Assembly: GCF_963921235.1 (NCBI RefSeq)
Contig: NC_086097.1
Location: 148,616,001-148,680,000, forward strand
Length of the DNA stretch: 64,000 nucleotides
Source of the DNA: Mobula hypostoma
Lineage: Eukaryota
Direction of reading: 5' to 3'
In this document: positions 35,560 through 48,634 of the stretch, in pieces
Numbering within the stretch: the stretch's first letter is position 1
Layout of the letters: each line of letters opens with the position of its first letter
Notes under the pieces: generated by a model
The model's input: the letters and a program-made list of their open reading frames with translations, nothing else
The model's database searches: none
Told to the model about the DNA's origin: nothing
Made by a program: the position numbers and the translations under genes

Positions 35560-38158
35560 ACGTCTATGACAAATGTCTATGTACTCTGAGGAGATACAAT
35601 GGAGGGGTCAGATACTGAGTCCATTTGGTTAGAACTCAGGAATAGGAAGGGTACAATCACACTGATGGGCTTGTACTGTGGACCCCCCCCCAATAGCCAC
35701 TGGGACACTGACAAACAGATATGCAACCAGATTAAGGAAATGTGTAAAAATAATAGGGTTGTTGCCCTGGGAGATTTCAACTTCCCTAATATAAACTGGG
35801 ATTTTCTTAGTGCAGGAGGTTTAGATGGCACAGAATTTGTGAAGTGTATCCAGGAAGGGTTCTTAAATCAATAAGTGGACAGTCCAATGATAGGAGGGGC
35901 TGTCCTGGCCCTCGTGTTGGATAATGAGCCTGGTCAGGTGACAGATCTTTCAGTCAGTGAACAGTTAGGGAACAGTGACCACAACTCCTTAATTTTTAAG
36001 ATAGCTTTAGATAAGTATAGGTTTGGTCCTTCTGGAAGAGTTTTAAATTGGAGTAGGGCAAATTATGGATGCATTAGGCAGGAACTAAGAAGCATTAATT
36101 GGAAGCACTATTTTTCTGGCGAGTCCACATCAGACATGTGGAGGGTGCTTAAAGATCAATTATACAGAGTGCTGGAAAGGTACATTCTTGTTCAAAGAAA
36201 GGACAGGTATGGAAAGATAAGAGAACCTTGGATGTACAGCAATATGATGAATTTAGTCAAGATGAAAAAGGAAAAATATGTAAAGCTTCAGGTCAAACCT
36301 ATAAAGCACAGGAGGACTACAAAGAAGCCAGAAAAGAACTAAAGAAGGGAATGAAGAAAGCCAGGAGGGGCATGACAAGTCCTTGGCAAGTAAGATCAAA
36401 GTGAATCCCAAGGCATTCTACACATACATCAAGAGTAAAAGGATAACTTGGGAGAGGGTGGTGGCACACAAGGATAAATGGGGAAACATTTGCTTGGATA
36501 CAGAGAATGTGGGTGAGGTACTTAATGAGTACTTTGCTTCAGTACTTACCAAGGAAAAGGATATGGAAGACCAGGAGATCAGTACCTAGTGTATAAATAT
36601 GGTAGGGCATTTAGTGGTCAAGCAGGAGGAAGTGTTGGGCCTCCTAATGAGTATTAAGGTGGATAAGTCCCCAAGGCCTGATGTGATTTACCCCAGCTTA
36701 TTGAAGGTGGCAAGAGACGAGATTGCTGGGCCCCTGACCAGTATCTCTATATCCACTTTAGCCACAAGTGAGTAGCTAATATTGTACCTCTGTTTAAGAA
36801 TGAAACAAGGGAAAATCCTGGGAACTATAGACTGGTGAGTCTCATCAGTTGTAGGGAAATTCCTGAAGAAAATCCTTATGGACCGGTGACCTAATTAAGG
36901 AGGGCAAACATGGCTTTGCGGGTGGCAGGTCGTGCCTTACAAAATTGCCTGAGTTTTTTGACAAGGTGACAGGAGAGATTGACGAGAGTAGGGCAGTGGA
37001 TGTTGTCAACATGGATTTTAGTGAGGCATTTGACAAAGTCCCTCATGGGAAGCTAATCCAGAAGGTTAATGTTCATGGGATCTGGGGCAAATTGGCTGTT
37101 TGGATACAGAACTGGCTTGCACATAGAAGACAGAGGGTAGCTGTTGAAGGGACTTATTTGAGCCGGTGGTCTGTAATTAGTGGAGTTCCACACAGATCTG
37201 TGCTGTGCTCTCTGCTGTGTAATGCACATAAATGACCTGGATGAAAATATAAATGGATGGGTTAGTAAAATTGCTGATGATACCAAGACTGGTGGAGTTG
37301 TGGATATTGCAGAAGACTGACAAAGAATACAGCACAAAATAGATCAGTTGCTGATCTGGACTGAGAAGTGCAGATGGACTTTAACCTAGATAAATGCGAG
37401 GCAAATGCACAGAGACAGTGCACTTTTAAGGGCAAGGTCCTTAACAGTGTTGCTGAGCAGAGAGATCTTGGGATCCAAGTTCACAGCTCCTTGAACGTAG
37501 CCACAATAAAGCAGTTAAGAAGGTTTTTGGAATGCTTGCTTTTATTAGCCAGAGCACTGAGTTCAAAAGTCAGGAGGTTATGTTGCAACTTTATAAAACA
37601 GGTTAAGCCACATCTGGAATATTGCATACAGTTCTGGTCACCCCACTATAGGAAGGATGTTGAAGCTTTGGAGAGGCTGCAGAAGAGGTTCACCAGGATA
37701 CTGCCTGGTTTAGAGGGCATGTGTTATCATGAACATTTGGATAAACTTGAGTTATTTCCTCTAGAGTGTCGGAGGCTGAGGGGAAATCTGATAGAGGTTT
37801 ACTAGATTATGAGACGCATAGATAGAGTGGACAGAGAATATCTGTTTCCCAGAGTTGAATTGTCTAATACCAGAGGACATGCATTGAAGGTGAGAGGAAG
37901 AAGGTTCAAGGGAGATGTGAGGGATAAGTTTTTCACTCATAGAGTCATGGACGTCTGGAACGTACTACCTGGTATGGTGGTGGAGGCAAACATATTAGAG
38001 GCACATGGATGTAAGGAAGATGGAGGGATATGGACATGGTGTAGGTAGGAGGGATTTGTGTTTGGGTGTTTTGATTTGCTTTTTAGCTGGTTCAGCACAA
38101 CACTGAGCACTAAAACGTCTGTTCCTGAGCTGTAATCTTCTATGTTCTGTATTCTATG
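35560..38158 (+). mobile_element. Decayed CR1 ORF2 (APE-RT) with 3'UTR
   Basis: ESIWLELRNRKG, GDFNFP, SDHN, NPKAFY, DFSEAFDKVPH, PHLEYCIQFWSPHY, TRGHALK; tctatgttct tail. Confidence 0.92.
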
Positions 38159-39029
38159 ACATCACTTTCATGACAGCAGAAAGGGTCATATTTAAATTGT
38201 AGGATCCGGGTTCTGATGTTACTGCATGCATACTCTGTTAGTCAATAATTTCTCATTTTTATTCCACATTTCTAACATTCCAGCTTTTCCTTTACTTTCC
38301 TTACAGCACAATTGGGAAACTGTTGGCTTTCATTTTTAACAAATGCTAGGAACATGGATTTTTTAAGAAAACAACACATTTCAAGAAGGGTAAAGGTAAT
38401 ATAAACTACTGTGGGTGTTCAACGCAAAAGCTCAAAGATAATTTTCTACATGGGCTTTCCTCCAAACTACATTGAAACCCTGCCACAAGACTGTTTCTGT
38501 TCTGGGCAGGAACCATCATTGAAAAATTTGAGAAAGGAAAGTATAGTCTTGGCAAAGTGCAGTTGGAGATAATTTCTGATGGATGAGGGACTCTCATTAA
38601 ATAAAAAGTTTAATCTATTCTTGAGGTTATTGTATAATATAGGAAGAAAGAATTTATTGGCCCATTATGACTGTAGTGCCTTTGGAATATCTATCCATTC
38701 ATTTCTGTTTCCCTCTACTCAAACATTTTCAAAATCCCTTTTAAGGGAGTTCTAATTGGACCTCTTACCAATTCATTCCCCTTTAGTTCTTAGCAAAGTT
38801 TATCAAATCTGTGCCCTGTAGTTGCTGACTCATTCACTGTCATTGGAATAGATTGGCAATCCCCATTTTTCATGTATATAGGAACTTCTATCATTTGATG
38901 TAGCGAGGTTACATCCTTGGCAAAGGACTGGTAAAACTCATCCATCTTGGCCAGAAGTAGAGTCACATATGAGTAAGACAATAGTTTTCCCTTTTTTGGA
39001 CTATTTCATGGTCACCTTTTACTGATAAG

Positions 39030-39430
39030 GGTTAACTTCACCTTATCTGAAATGCTTGGGGGCAGAAGTGTTTCAGATTTCAGATTTTGGAATATATTAT
39101 GAGGTAGCTTGGTATTGCCATCATTTCCGACTCTGAATTTATGTGCTACCAGTAAGCATTCTTTGGCTCACACTTGTTCATCACACATAAGTACTAAACA
39201 GTAAAATTATTTTATACTAATAATATAGTGAAAATATAAAGTGTGGAGGGTTTCAAAAGCAGCACAGCAGCATCAGGAGAATAGCTGAATCAGCCGTTGA
39301 ACAACAACATACATTGGCAGGCTTTCAGTCTCCACCTACAAATCTGTGTTTTCATTAGAAGGTTACAGTACACTCTATTTGTATTTTTTTTTTAGGTTTT
39401 ATGTAAGGTATAAAAACAATTAGCACTGTA
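39030..39430. mobile_element. Possible Tigger/pogo-like DNA transposon relic
   Basis: cttatctgaaatgcttgggggcagaagtgtttcagatttcagattttggaata resembles Tigger4/MER46-type subterminal sequence; no TIR pair confirmed. Confidence 0.35.
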
Positions 39431-39877
39431 GATTTGTTTTGGTGTTAGATTTTCATCAGTGACGACCTTTGCAAACTCATCAATGAATTTCTGTGCTGCT
39501 TTGTGAATTCAAATTCTCAGTCAGTTTTGAATATGTATTCCTGGGATTATTAGTCCAGACTGCTTAAATACTCTGCGATTAACAGAAGGCATAAACTGGT
39601 TTGAACATACTTCTTTCGTATGTGACTGTCAGTTCTTTGACCTGATGCTCACTTTGCACCCATAGTACCAGACAAAAGATAACAAACTTTCCTATTCTAT
39701 CAGCAAAACAACTGCAAATTCAAGTATTATGAAACATTTCAAAAAGTGATTACAGTACATGCATTTATGTTTGAAGCAATATTCAAGGTGCTGAACAGTA
39801 ATTTCTTCATGACAGAATATTTAAGAGGAAATATCATAAGTCAAATTCATAATGATCTAGATAATTAATATCACCTG

Positions 39878-42800
39878 ACCATAAGAAATAGGGGCGGAAT
39901 TAGGCATATGGCCCTTCAAGTTTGCTCCATCATTTCATCATGGCTGATCCAATTTTCTTCTCAGTCCCAATCTCCTGCCTTCCTCCTACATCCCTTCATG
40001 TCCTGACCAGTCAAGAATTTATCAACCTCTGCCTTAAATCTACATAAAGCCTTGGCCTCCACAGCTGTCTGTGGCAATGAATTCCACAGATTCACCACTC
40101 TCTGGCTAAAGAAATTCCTCCTCATCGCTGTTCTAAAAGGATGCCCCTCTGTTCTGAGGCTTTATCCTCTGGTCTTAAACTCTCCCACCATAGGAAATAT
40201 CCTCCCACATCTACTTTATCAAAGCCTTTCACCATTCAATAGGTTTCAATGAGGTCACCCCTCGTTCTTCTGAATTCCAGTGAATTCTTGCTTGGAGCCA
40301 TCAAACACTCTTCATATGACAAGACATTAAATTCTGTAAACATTTTTGTGAACCTCCTTTGGACCCATTCCAGTTTCAGTACATCCTTTCTAAGATAAGG
40401 GGCCAAAATCTGCTCACAACACTCCAGGCGAGGCTTCACCAGTGCTTTAAAAAGTCTCAACATTACCTCCTTGCTTTTACACTCTAGTCTTCTTGAACTG
40501 AATGCTAACATTGTATTTGCCTTCCTCACCACAGAACTCAAATTAAGTTAGGGAATCCTGCACAAGTACCCATTACACCTCAGATTTTTGTATTTCCTCT
40601 CCATTTAGAAAATAGTCAACCCTTTCTACCAAAGTGCGTGACTATACACCTCCCAACACTGCCACTTCTTTGCCCATTCTCCTAATCTGTCTAAGTCCTT
40701 CTGTATCCTCTCTATTTTCTCTAAACTATCTGCTCCTCCACCTATCTTTGTATTAATCTGCAAAGTTTGCAACAAAGCCATCAATTCCATCATCCAAATC
40801 ATTGTCATATAACTTTAAAAAATAGGTCCTTGTGGAAAACCACTTAGTCACGGGCAGCCAACCAGAAAAGGCCCCTTTTATTCACACTCTTTGCCTCCTG
40901 CCAGTCAGCCACTGCTTTATCTACGTAAAACCATAGGCTTGTAGCTTGTTAAGCAGCCTTGTGTGTGGCACCTTATCAATGGTCTTCTGAAAATACAAAT
41001 ACACAACATCAACCATTTCTTCTTTCTCTATATTGCTTGTTATTTCTTCAAACAATTCCAACCGAATGGTCAGGCAGATTTTCTCTTGAGGAGACCATGC
41101 TGACTATGGCCTGTTTTATTATGTTGCACCAAGTATTCCAAAACCACATCCTTAACAATCAACTCTAACGTCTTCCCACCACTGAGGTCAGACTAACTGG
41201 CTTATAATTTCCTTTCTTCTGCCTCTCTTCCTTCTTGAAAAGTGGAGTGAAATTTGCAAATTTCCAGTCCTCTGGAACTATTACAGAATCTAGTGATTCT
41301 TGAAAGATCATTACTAGTGCCTCCACAATCTCTTCAACCATTTCCTTCAGAACTTTGGGGTGTACATCATCTGGTCTAGGTGTCTTATCAACCTTCAGAC
41401 CTTTCAGTTTTCCAAAAACCTTCTCTCTAGTAATGGTAACTTCACAAACTTCATGCCCTCTGACACTTGGAACTTCCATCATACTGCTAGTATCTTCACA
41501 GTGAAAACTGATGCAAAATACTTATTCAGTTCATTGGCCATTTCCTTGTCACCCCCATTACTACCTCTCCAGCATCATTTTCCAGTGGTCCGATATTCAC
41601 TCACCTCTCTTTTACACTTTATGTATCTGAAGAATCTTTTGGTATCCCCTTTAATATTATTTGCTAGCTTACTTTCATATTCCATCTTTACCTTCTTAAT
41701 TTCTTCTTTAGTTGCCTTCTGTTGATTTTTAAAAGCTTTCCCGTCCTCTAACTTCTCACTAATTTTCCTCTATTTTATGCCCTCTCTTTAGCTTTTAAAA
41801 ACAAGAGAAAATCTGCAGATGCTGGAAATCAAAGGAACACACACAAAATGCTGGAGGAACTCAGCAGGCTGGGTAGCATCTATGGAAAAGTGTCAGGGCC
41901 TAAACCCTTCATTTGGACTGAAATAAAAAAGATGAGGATTCAGAGTAAGAAGATGGGAGGAAGGGAGGAAGAAACACAGGGTGTGAAACTGGGTGGGGAG
42001 AGGGGTGAAGTAAAGACCTGGGAAGTTGATTGGTGAAAGAGATACAGGGATGGAGGAGGGGGAAAATGATAGGAGAGGCCAGAAGGCCATGAAAAAAAGA
42101 AAAGTGGGAGGAGCACCAAAAGGAGGTGATGGGCAGTTAAGGAGAGAGAGGAAATTGGAATGGCAAATGATGAAGGAGAACTATGGGGCATTACCTTTAG
42201 ATTTTATGTTGGCTTTGACTTCTCTTATTAGCCACAGTTGTGTCATCTTGCCTTTAAAATACTTCTTCCTCTTTGGGACGTATATCTCCTATGCCTTCCG
42301 AATTGCTTCCAGAAATTCCAGCCGTTGCTGCTCTGCCATCATCCCTGCCAGTGTTCTTTTCCAATCAACTCTGGCCAACTCCTCTCTCATGCCTCTGTAA
42401 TTCCCTTTACTCCACTGTAATACTGACACATCTGACTATCACGATCACCTACCCCTAAGGATTCTTTTACCTTAAGCTTTCTAATCAATTCCTGTTCATT
42501 GCACAACACCCAGTACAGAATAAGTGGACTAATACAGAATCTAGTGGACTCAGTCATAAGCTGCTCTAAAAAGCCATCTCAGAGGCATTCTAGAAAATCC
42601 CCCTCTTGAAATCCCACACCAACCTGATTTTCCCAATCTACCTGCATATTGAAATCCCCCATGACTGTTGTAACATTGTCCTTTTGACATGCATTTTCTA
42701 TCTCCTGTTGTAATTTGTAGTCCACCTCCTCACTACTGTTTGGTGGTCTGTATATAACTCCCATCAGCGTCTTTTTACCCTTGCAGTTCCATAGCTCTAT

Positions 42801-43020
42801 CCACAATAATTCAACACCTTCGGGCCCTATGTCACCTTTCCTAATAATTAAATTTCATTTTTTACCAACAGAGCAATGCAACCCACCTGCCTTCCTGCCT
42901 GTCCTTTCAATACAATATATATCCTTGGACATTAAGCTCTCAGCTATAATCTTCTTTCAGCCATGATTCAGACATGCCAATCTATAACTGTGCTGCAAGT
43001 TCATCTAGCTTGATCCATAT
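39878..43020 (-). mobile_element. Decayed CR1 ORF2 with 3'UTR
   Basis: WIELWNCKGKKTLMGVIYRPP...GDFN, YKPVSLTSVVG, KPRLECCEQILAPY; gaccataag tail. Confidence 0.9.
41798..42194 (-). mobile_element. Solo Penelope-like pLTR inserted in CR1
   Basis: Homologous to 25380-25807 in reverse; TSD CTTTAG(C/A)TTTTA at 41786-41797 and 42195-42206; hammerhead motif decayed. Confidence 0.85.
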
Positions 43021-43344
43021 AACACTTAATACTTTTTGAAATCATTTCTCCCTCTGAGACATCAACCCATTTGATTTATATTGACAAAGCAACCATTAAA
43101 ATACTTCCTATTTAGCATAATAACCAGAATTTTGCTGCAATCATATCGTGACTCTAAACATGGTCACAATTGTGACACTTGTTGGACAACAAATTCTACA
43201 CAAGTAATATCAAAAGTGGAAGTTCAGAGCTGGTGTATAATTTACCTTGCTCTTTCACAACAGCCCTTTACTGGAATATTTACCAATAACTACATGAAAG
43301 GGCAAGAATGTCATGCACTTATCCACCTGTACCTGCCATTGTGT

Positions 43345-44275
43345 TCGATGATACAAAGATAGGTAGAGGAGCGGGTAGTGTGGAGGAATCAGGGAGCCTG
43401 CAGAGAGACCTAGATAGTTTACGGAATGGGCAAAGAAGTGGCAAATAAAATACAATGTTGGAAAGTGTATGGTCATGCACTTTGGTGGAAGAAATAAATG
43501 GGCAGACTATTATTTAGATGGGGAGAAAATCCAAAATGCAGAGATGCAAAGGGACTTGGGAGTCCTTATGCAAGATACCCTAGGGGTTGACCTCCAGATT
43601 GAGTCAGTGGTGAAGAAGGCGAATGCAATGTTAGCATTCATTTCTAGAGGTATAAATCATAAGAGCAATGATGTAATGTTGAGGCTCTATAAGGCACTCG
43701 TGAGACAACACTTAGAGTATTGTGTGCAGTTTTGGGCTCCTTATTTTAGAAAGGATATACTGACATTGGAGAGGGTTCAGAGAAGATTCATGTGAATGAT
43801 TCCAGGAATGAAAGGGTTACCATATGAGGAACATCTGGCAGCTCTTGGACTGTATTCCTTGGAGTTCAGGAAAATGAGGGAGGATCTCATAGAAACATTC
43901 CAAATGTTAAAAGACCTGAACAGATTAGATATGGCAAAGTTATTTCCCATGATAGGGGATTCTAGGACAAGAGGGAACAACTTCAGGATTGAAGGATGTC
44001 CCTTTAGAACAGAGATGCAGAGAAATTACATTAGTCATAGGGTGGTAAATCTGTGGAATTTGTTGCCACGAGCGGCTGTGGAGGCCAAGTCATTGGATGT
44101 ATTTAAGGCAGAGACAGATAGGTTCCTGATTAGCTGGGACATCAAAGGGAATGGGGTGAAAGCAGGGGAGTGGGGATGACTGGAAGAATTGGATTAGCCC
44201 ATGATTGAATGGTGGAGCAGAGTCGATGGGCCGAATGGCCTACTTCTGCCCCTATATCTTATGGTCTTATGGTCT
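43345..44275 (+). mobile_element. 5'-truncated CR1 (same subfamily as 7935-10186)
   Basis: ORFs 43469-43795 and 43796-44179; (TATGGTCT)n tail. Confidence 0.9.
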
Positions 44276-44382
44276 AAAAGGTTAGCAGAATTCCATTAAT
44301 GTATGTGAATTTTTTGTAGTTTGATATATTAAGACTGCTTCCAAAATACCTCTATTGCACTGAAAATTAATACCCGCAACTA

Positions 44383-45290
44383 TTGGTATTGGTATATTAT
44401 TGTCACGTGTACCAAGACTCAATGGAAAACTTGCTTGCATTCTGTTCGTACAGGTCAAATCATTACACTATTAATTGAGGCAGAATGACGTAAAACAATA
44501 ATAATGCAGAATAAAGTGTAAAAGGTGCCAAAAAGTGCAATGAAGGTAAATGATAAAGTACAAGATCATAATGAGTTAGACTGTGAGGTCAAGAGTCCAT
44601 CTTATAGTCCAGGAGGTCCATTCAAGAGACTGATAACGTGGGTAGAAGCTGTTCTTGAGCCTGTTGGGCATGCTTTCAGACTTTTGTATCTTCCGCCCGA
44701 TGGGAGAGGAGAGAAGAGAGAAAGTCTGGGGTGGGTGGGGTCTTTGATTACGCTGGCTGCTTTACTGAGGAAATGAGAAGTATAGACAGAAGCTCAATAG
44801 GTCAGGCAGAATCCACATGTCCAAAGAAGGGAGACCGGTTCTCATGATATACTGAGCTGTGTCCACAACTCTGCAGGTTCTTGTGATCCTGTGCAGAGCA
44901 AATGCCATGCCAAGCCATTATGCATCTAGACAGATTGTTTTCTATGCTGCATCTATAAAAACTGATGGGAGTCAATGGGGACATGCCAAATTTCTTCAGC
45001 CTACTGAGACAGTACAGGTGTTGGTGTGCTTTCTTGGCTATGTATCAATATTCCTGGAGTAAGACAGGCTATTGATGATATTCACACCAAGGAACTTGAA
45101 TCTCTCAACCTCAACACCATTGATGTAGACAGGAGCATGTGCACCACACCCTTTTTAAATCAATGACCAACTTTTTTGTTTTGTTGACATTCAGGGAAAT
45201 ATTGTTGTCATAACACCATGTCACTAAGCTCTCTGTCTCCTTCCCGTACTCTAACTCATCACTATTTGCGATGTGGCTCACTGTGGAGAC
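44383..45290 (-). mobile_element. Rex1/Babar 3' fragment
   Basis: [39 protein letters not shown]; (attggt)n tail. Confidence 0.8.
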
Positions 45291-45299
45291 TATTGTTGG

Positions 45300-45430
45300 A
45301 GATAAAAGAGACTCCAGTTGCTGGAAAACTGGAACAATACACAAAGGAGCTGGAGTAACGCAGCGGGTCAGGCAGTATCTACAAAGAGAAAGGGCAGTTA
45401 ATTTTTTCAGTAAAAACCCTTCATCAGGAC
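45300..45430 (-). mobile_element. Decayed PLE pLTR end
   Basis: gctggagtaacgcagcgggtcaggcagtatct...aacccttcatcaggact. Confidence 0.6.
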
Positions 45431-46239
45431 TTACTTTATTAATCTTATTAATCTGATTATTATTAATTGTTAATAGATATTTTTAAGTTTCTCTCCTTTG
45501 AGCATCATCATTAAAACTGCCTCCCCCATGATCCATGCTATCAGAGAAATGGGAAGTAGTTCATGTTTTTCAGGTCTCACCAAGAACATTATTGCTGGTG
45601 GGCAATGTGATGTAAAAGGCACAGGTTAGTAGAGGACATTTTCCTTGCCAATGTTTAGTCTAAGATCTATAATATTCTCTTATACATATGTTTCATTGAA
45701 GGCATTGCGGGTTGCTTGAAGTTCAGCTTTTGAATTTATGCAAATGTAAGCATTACTTACATAATGCATCTCAACTAATGAGATTTGAGTAGCTTTGTTC
45801 TGGCATATAAATTGCTGGAGGTTAACAACTTCACATTAATTCTTAGGATTAGTTTCACTCAGAATGTATGTAAAAGTCAGCTGTGAAGTCTCATTTGCTA
45901 CATTTGGGAAGAGGAGAGCATTCAGAGATGTTACATTCGAGATCAAATTCAAGAGAGGAGACAAGTATAACTGTGGTAAGTACAGAAGGGTACTACAGAA
46001 AAAGTCATCACTAGGTCATTCTACATCATTCTTACCCAAGCTCAATTGCTGCTTCACCTCACTGAGATATTCAGAGGCACAATAAGCATGATCTTCACCA
46101 CATAACAACTCCATGAAATGTGCAGAGAGCAGCACCAACACCTCATGTTGCAATTTTTAATCTTACCAAAACCTTTGTTTCCATTAACCAAGACTGACTC
46201 TTTACAACCAATAGCTCAGAGAAACTTACTTCCATCTTA

Positions 46240-46490
46240 TAAGACTATAAGACACAGGAGCAGACTTAGGCTGCTGGGCCCATCAAGTCTGCTCTGCCGT
46301 TTAATCATGGTTGATTTATGTATTTCCCCTTAAACCCATTCTCCTGCCTTTTCCCTGTAACTTTTGATGTCCTTACTAATCAAGAACCTATCAAACTCTG
46401 CTTTAATATGCTCAATGACTTGGCTCCCACAGCTGCCTGTGCCAATAAATTCGACAGACTCATCACCATTTGACAAAACAAATTCCTCCA
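46240..46490 (-). mobile_element. CR1 3'UTR fragment
   Basis: ataagactataagac tail followed by CR1 3'UTR sequence. Confidence 0.7.
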
Positions 46491-46623
46491 TGACAACATT
46501 TAAGCTGTGACATTAACAAAATAACAATTTTCAGTGAGGACTTGTTTCAACTAAGTAGGCATGTTTGCACCAACACTTTTCGCAATCTTTCTAACTTTAG
46601 TGTTGCATCTCATGCCCAAAATA

Positions 46624-47153
46624 TGAGGGGTGATTGATAAATTTGTGGCCTAAGATAGAAGGAGTCAATTTTAGAAAACCTAGCACATTTATTTTTCAAC
46701 ATAGTCCCCTCCTACATTTACACACTTCGTCCAGCGGTCTTGGAGCATACGGATCCCTTCTTTGTAGAAGTCAGCATCTTGGACCTCCAGAAAGTGGTCC
46801 ACAGCAGGGGTGATTGATAAGTTCATGGCCTAAGGTAGAAGGAGATGAGTTATTTATTTCAAGCTTTCTGCATTATCACTCAAAGAGATGAACTGCATGT
46901 GCATGTAACGAGAGCTGTATAACTCATCTCCTTCTACCTTAGGCCATGCCACGAACTTACCAATCACCCCTGCTGTGGACCACTTTCTGAAGGTCCAAGA
47001 CGCCGACTTCTACAAAGAAGGGATCTGTATGCTCCATGACCGCTGGACTAAGTGTGTAAATGTAGGAGGGGACTATGCTGAAAAATAAATGTGCTAGGTT
47101 TTCTAAAGTTGACTCCTTCTACCTTAGGCCATGAACTTATCAATCACCCCTCG
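46624..47153. mobile_element. Mariner-derived palindromic non-autonomous element (MITE)
   Basis: TA|TGAGGGG...CCCCTCG|TA; ~230-bp inverted arms; 46981-47088 encodes HFLKVQDADFYKEGICMLHDRWTKCVNVGGDYAEK*, a mariner transposase C-terminus. Confidence 0.9.
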
Positions 47154-47257
47154 TAGAATTTCAATGGGATCTGGCCTATTCCTGATTATTGTAACTTCTT
47201 AATTACAAATATGGCCTTCTTAACTTCTTGTCAGTCAGGAATGACAAGAAGTTCGCT

Positions 47258-47370
47258 TTGTTCAAAGATCTCGTAAATTGTGACTCTGCTTTTGGCCCAG
47301 TTTGCTTTGAGATAAAATGCAGGGTATTTGTGCCAAAAGCAGAGTCACAATTTACGAGATCCTTGAACAA
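47258..47370. repeat. 39-bp inverted repeat with one mismatch and a 35-nt spacer
   Basis: ttgttcaaagatctcgtaaattgtgactctgcttttggc / gccaaaagcagagtcacaatttacgagatccttgaacaa. Confidence 0.9.
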
Positions 47371-48634
47371 CTCCTTCCATGAGTGTTGACTTGTCACCCA
47401 TCCCTGATGAGTTTGTTGCCATTCCTGGCTTTCTTTAAAGAATGACCTAAGGTATTAAGGGCTTAGAAAAGGAATTTAAAACACTGGACAAACTGTAACA
47501 TGTAATGGCAGTTGGTGAGTTGCTGAGAATCCTGTGCTGTCTTCATCTGTTCTATAGATCCAAGATATTCTGCCTTCACACTCTACAAAGCTGCTTTTCC
47601 CCCCTTGAAAGGCAGATACACTGTCCAATCCAGGAACAACTTATACTTGTGGTTAATTAACTTCTCAGTCAGTACCATCAAGTTAGTCCTGATTCTTCTT
47701 GGTAAAGAAGCCAGGAGTTTCATAACAAGTGTCAGTTATGAAAGTCTTCAGGGCAGCCAAAAAGTTGTGGACACTTTGCAGCTGCTATATGTTATGAGTC
47801 AGAAGGTTACCCTGCAGCCACTTCAGAGATACATCTAAACAGATTATAAATATACAATATCTGATGCTGCAACTTTCAGGCAGTGGTTCATCACTCCGGG
47901 TGAAAAGATTTCTCCTCACCTCACTGCTAATCTGACCAATTATTTAAATCTGTACCCTCTTGTCTCACCATGGTTATTGACTTTTCATGGAAATACGAAT
48001 TTCTTATCCTTTATTTTTGCATAATTATGTACCTCTCAGTGAATGGGTGGAGGTGGCAGCAGAAAGAAAGTCATGCAATCAGAGAAAATCACTTTCCATC
48101 AGATTATCTGAAGAGCTGCATTTGAATAACATCAAATCTCTGTCCAGCCTTGGGAGATGCACAGCACCCTCATATTTTACTATGAAAACCAACAATGCAA
48201 CTTTTCCATAGTCCTGTGAACTGTGTGGGGTGAACTTTGTTTTAGAAAGCGAAGGCACTCAACTTTCAGCTTTCAGGCCGGCAGACAAGATTTTTTTTCA
48301 TTTTTTTAATAAATCCCTTTTCGATAATTAAGAAATTAACTGGATTTAATGCCTGCACTTAATGCGCATTTTAGCATAGTGATACTTCATCCTCTAAGAA
48401 AAATAAGGTCTAAATCAAATTACTGCAGCACTATTATGAGATGCTTGTTTCTGGTCAGCAAAAAGAGCACTGAAACCTTACTTCTTATATTTTCTTCCAA
48501 AATAAAAGGAGATTATTCAGCCTGTTGAGTCTATACTGTCTCTTGGAGTATTTCCCATCAGTTCTATCGCCCTTATAACAAATAAGTTGTTATTTCCGTG
48601 TATTTACATATTCCCTCTCATACTCACAACTCCC

